IMG/VR virus record: IMGVR_UViG_3300020042_004684
Location: 1-33,392 of that record
Length of the DNA stretch: 33,392 nucleotides
Reading direction: 5' to 3' (one strand)
DNA from: a virus
Lineage: Duplodnaviria > Caudoviricetes
Below the pieces are notes generated by a model that had not been told where the DNA came from, made no database searches, and saw only the letters and a list, made by a program, of their open reading frames with translations. Below, in pieces: positions 33,392 through 33,392 of the stretch. Numbering within the stretch: position 1 is the stretch's first letter; each line of letters begins with the position of its first letter. A program made the position numbers and the translations under genes.

Positions 33392-33392
33392 G

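Overview
The window is tailed-phage DNA with a P22-like podovirus virion module and a lambdoid-style early/replication region. A Betaproteobacterial host is only a guess. It is not one colinear genome. Two related but distinct phage segments face each other: arm A (1..~17750) and arm B (~17751..33392, inverted), joined where a C5 methyltransferase and a terminase small subunit are both cut mid-gene, most likely an amplification or assembly chimera. Comparing the arms exposes conserved RNA structures and module swaps. Main results: (1) a 70-nt tRNA-Gly-like element carrying the GlyRS identity elements but degenerate D/T loops, embedded in the 3' end of a Mom-family adenine-hypermodification gene; (2) a c-di-GMP-I (GEMM) riboswitch in arm A's lysis region, upstream of a permuted papain-like hydrolase; (3) two unnamed structured RNA leaders with compensatory changes between arms, plus a loop-E-type RNA candidate; (4) a two-frame overlapping methyltransferase; (5) intragenic domain swaps in ERF and the replication initiator, and shuffled 'AQPAQE' modules. 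Protein calls come from motif recognition and synteny only; no searches were run.
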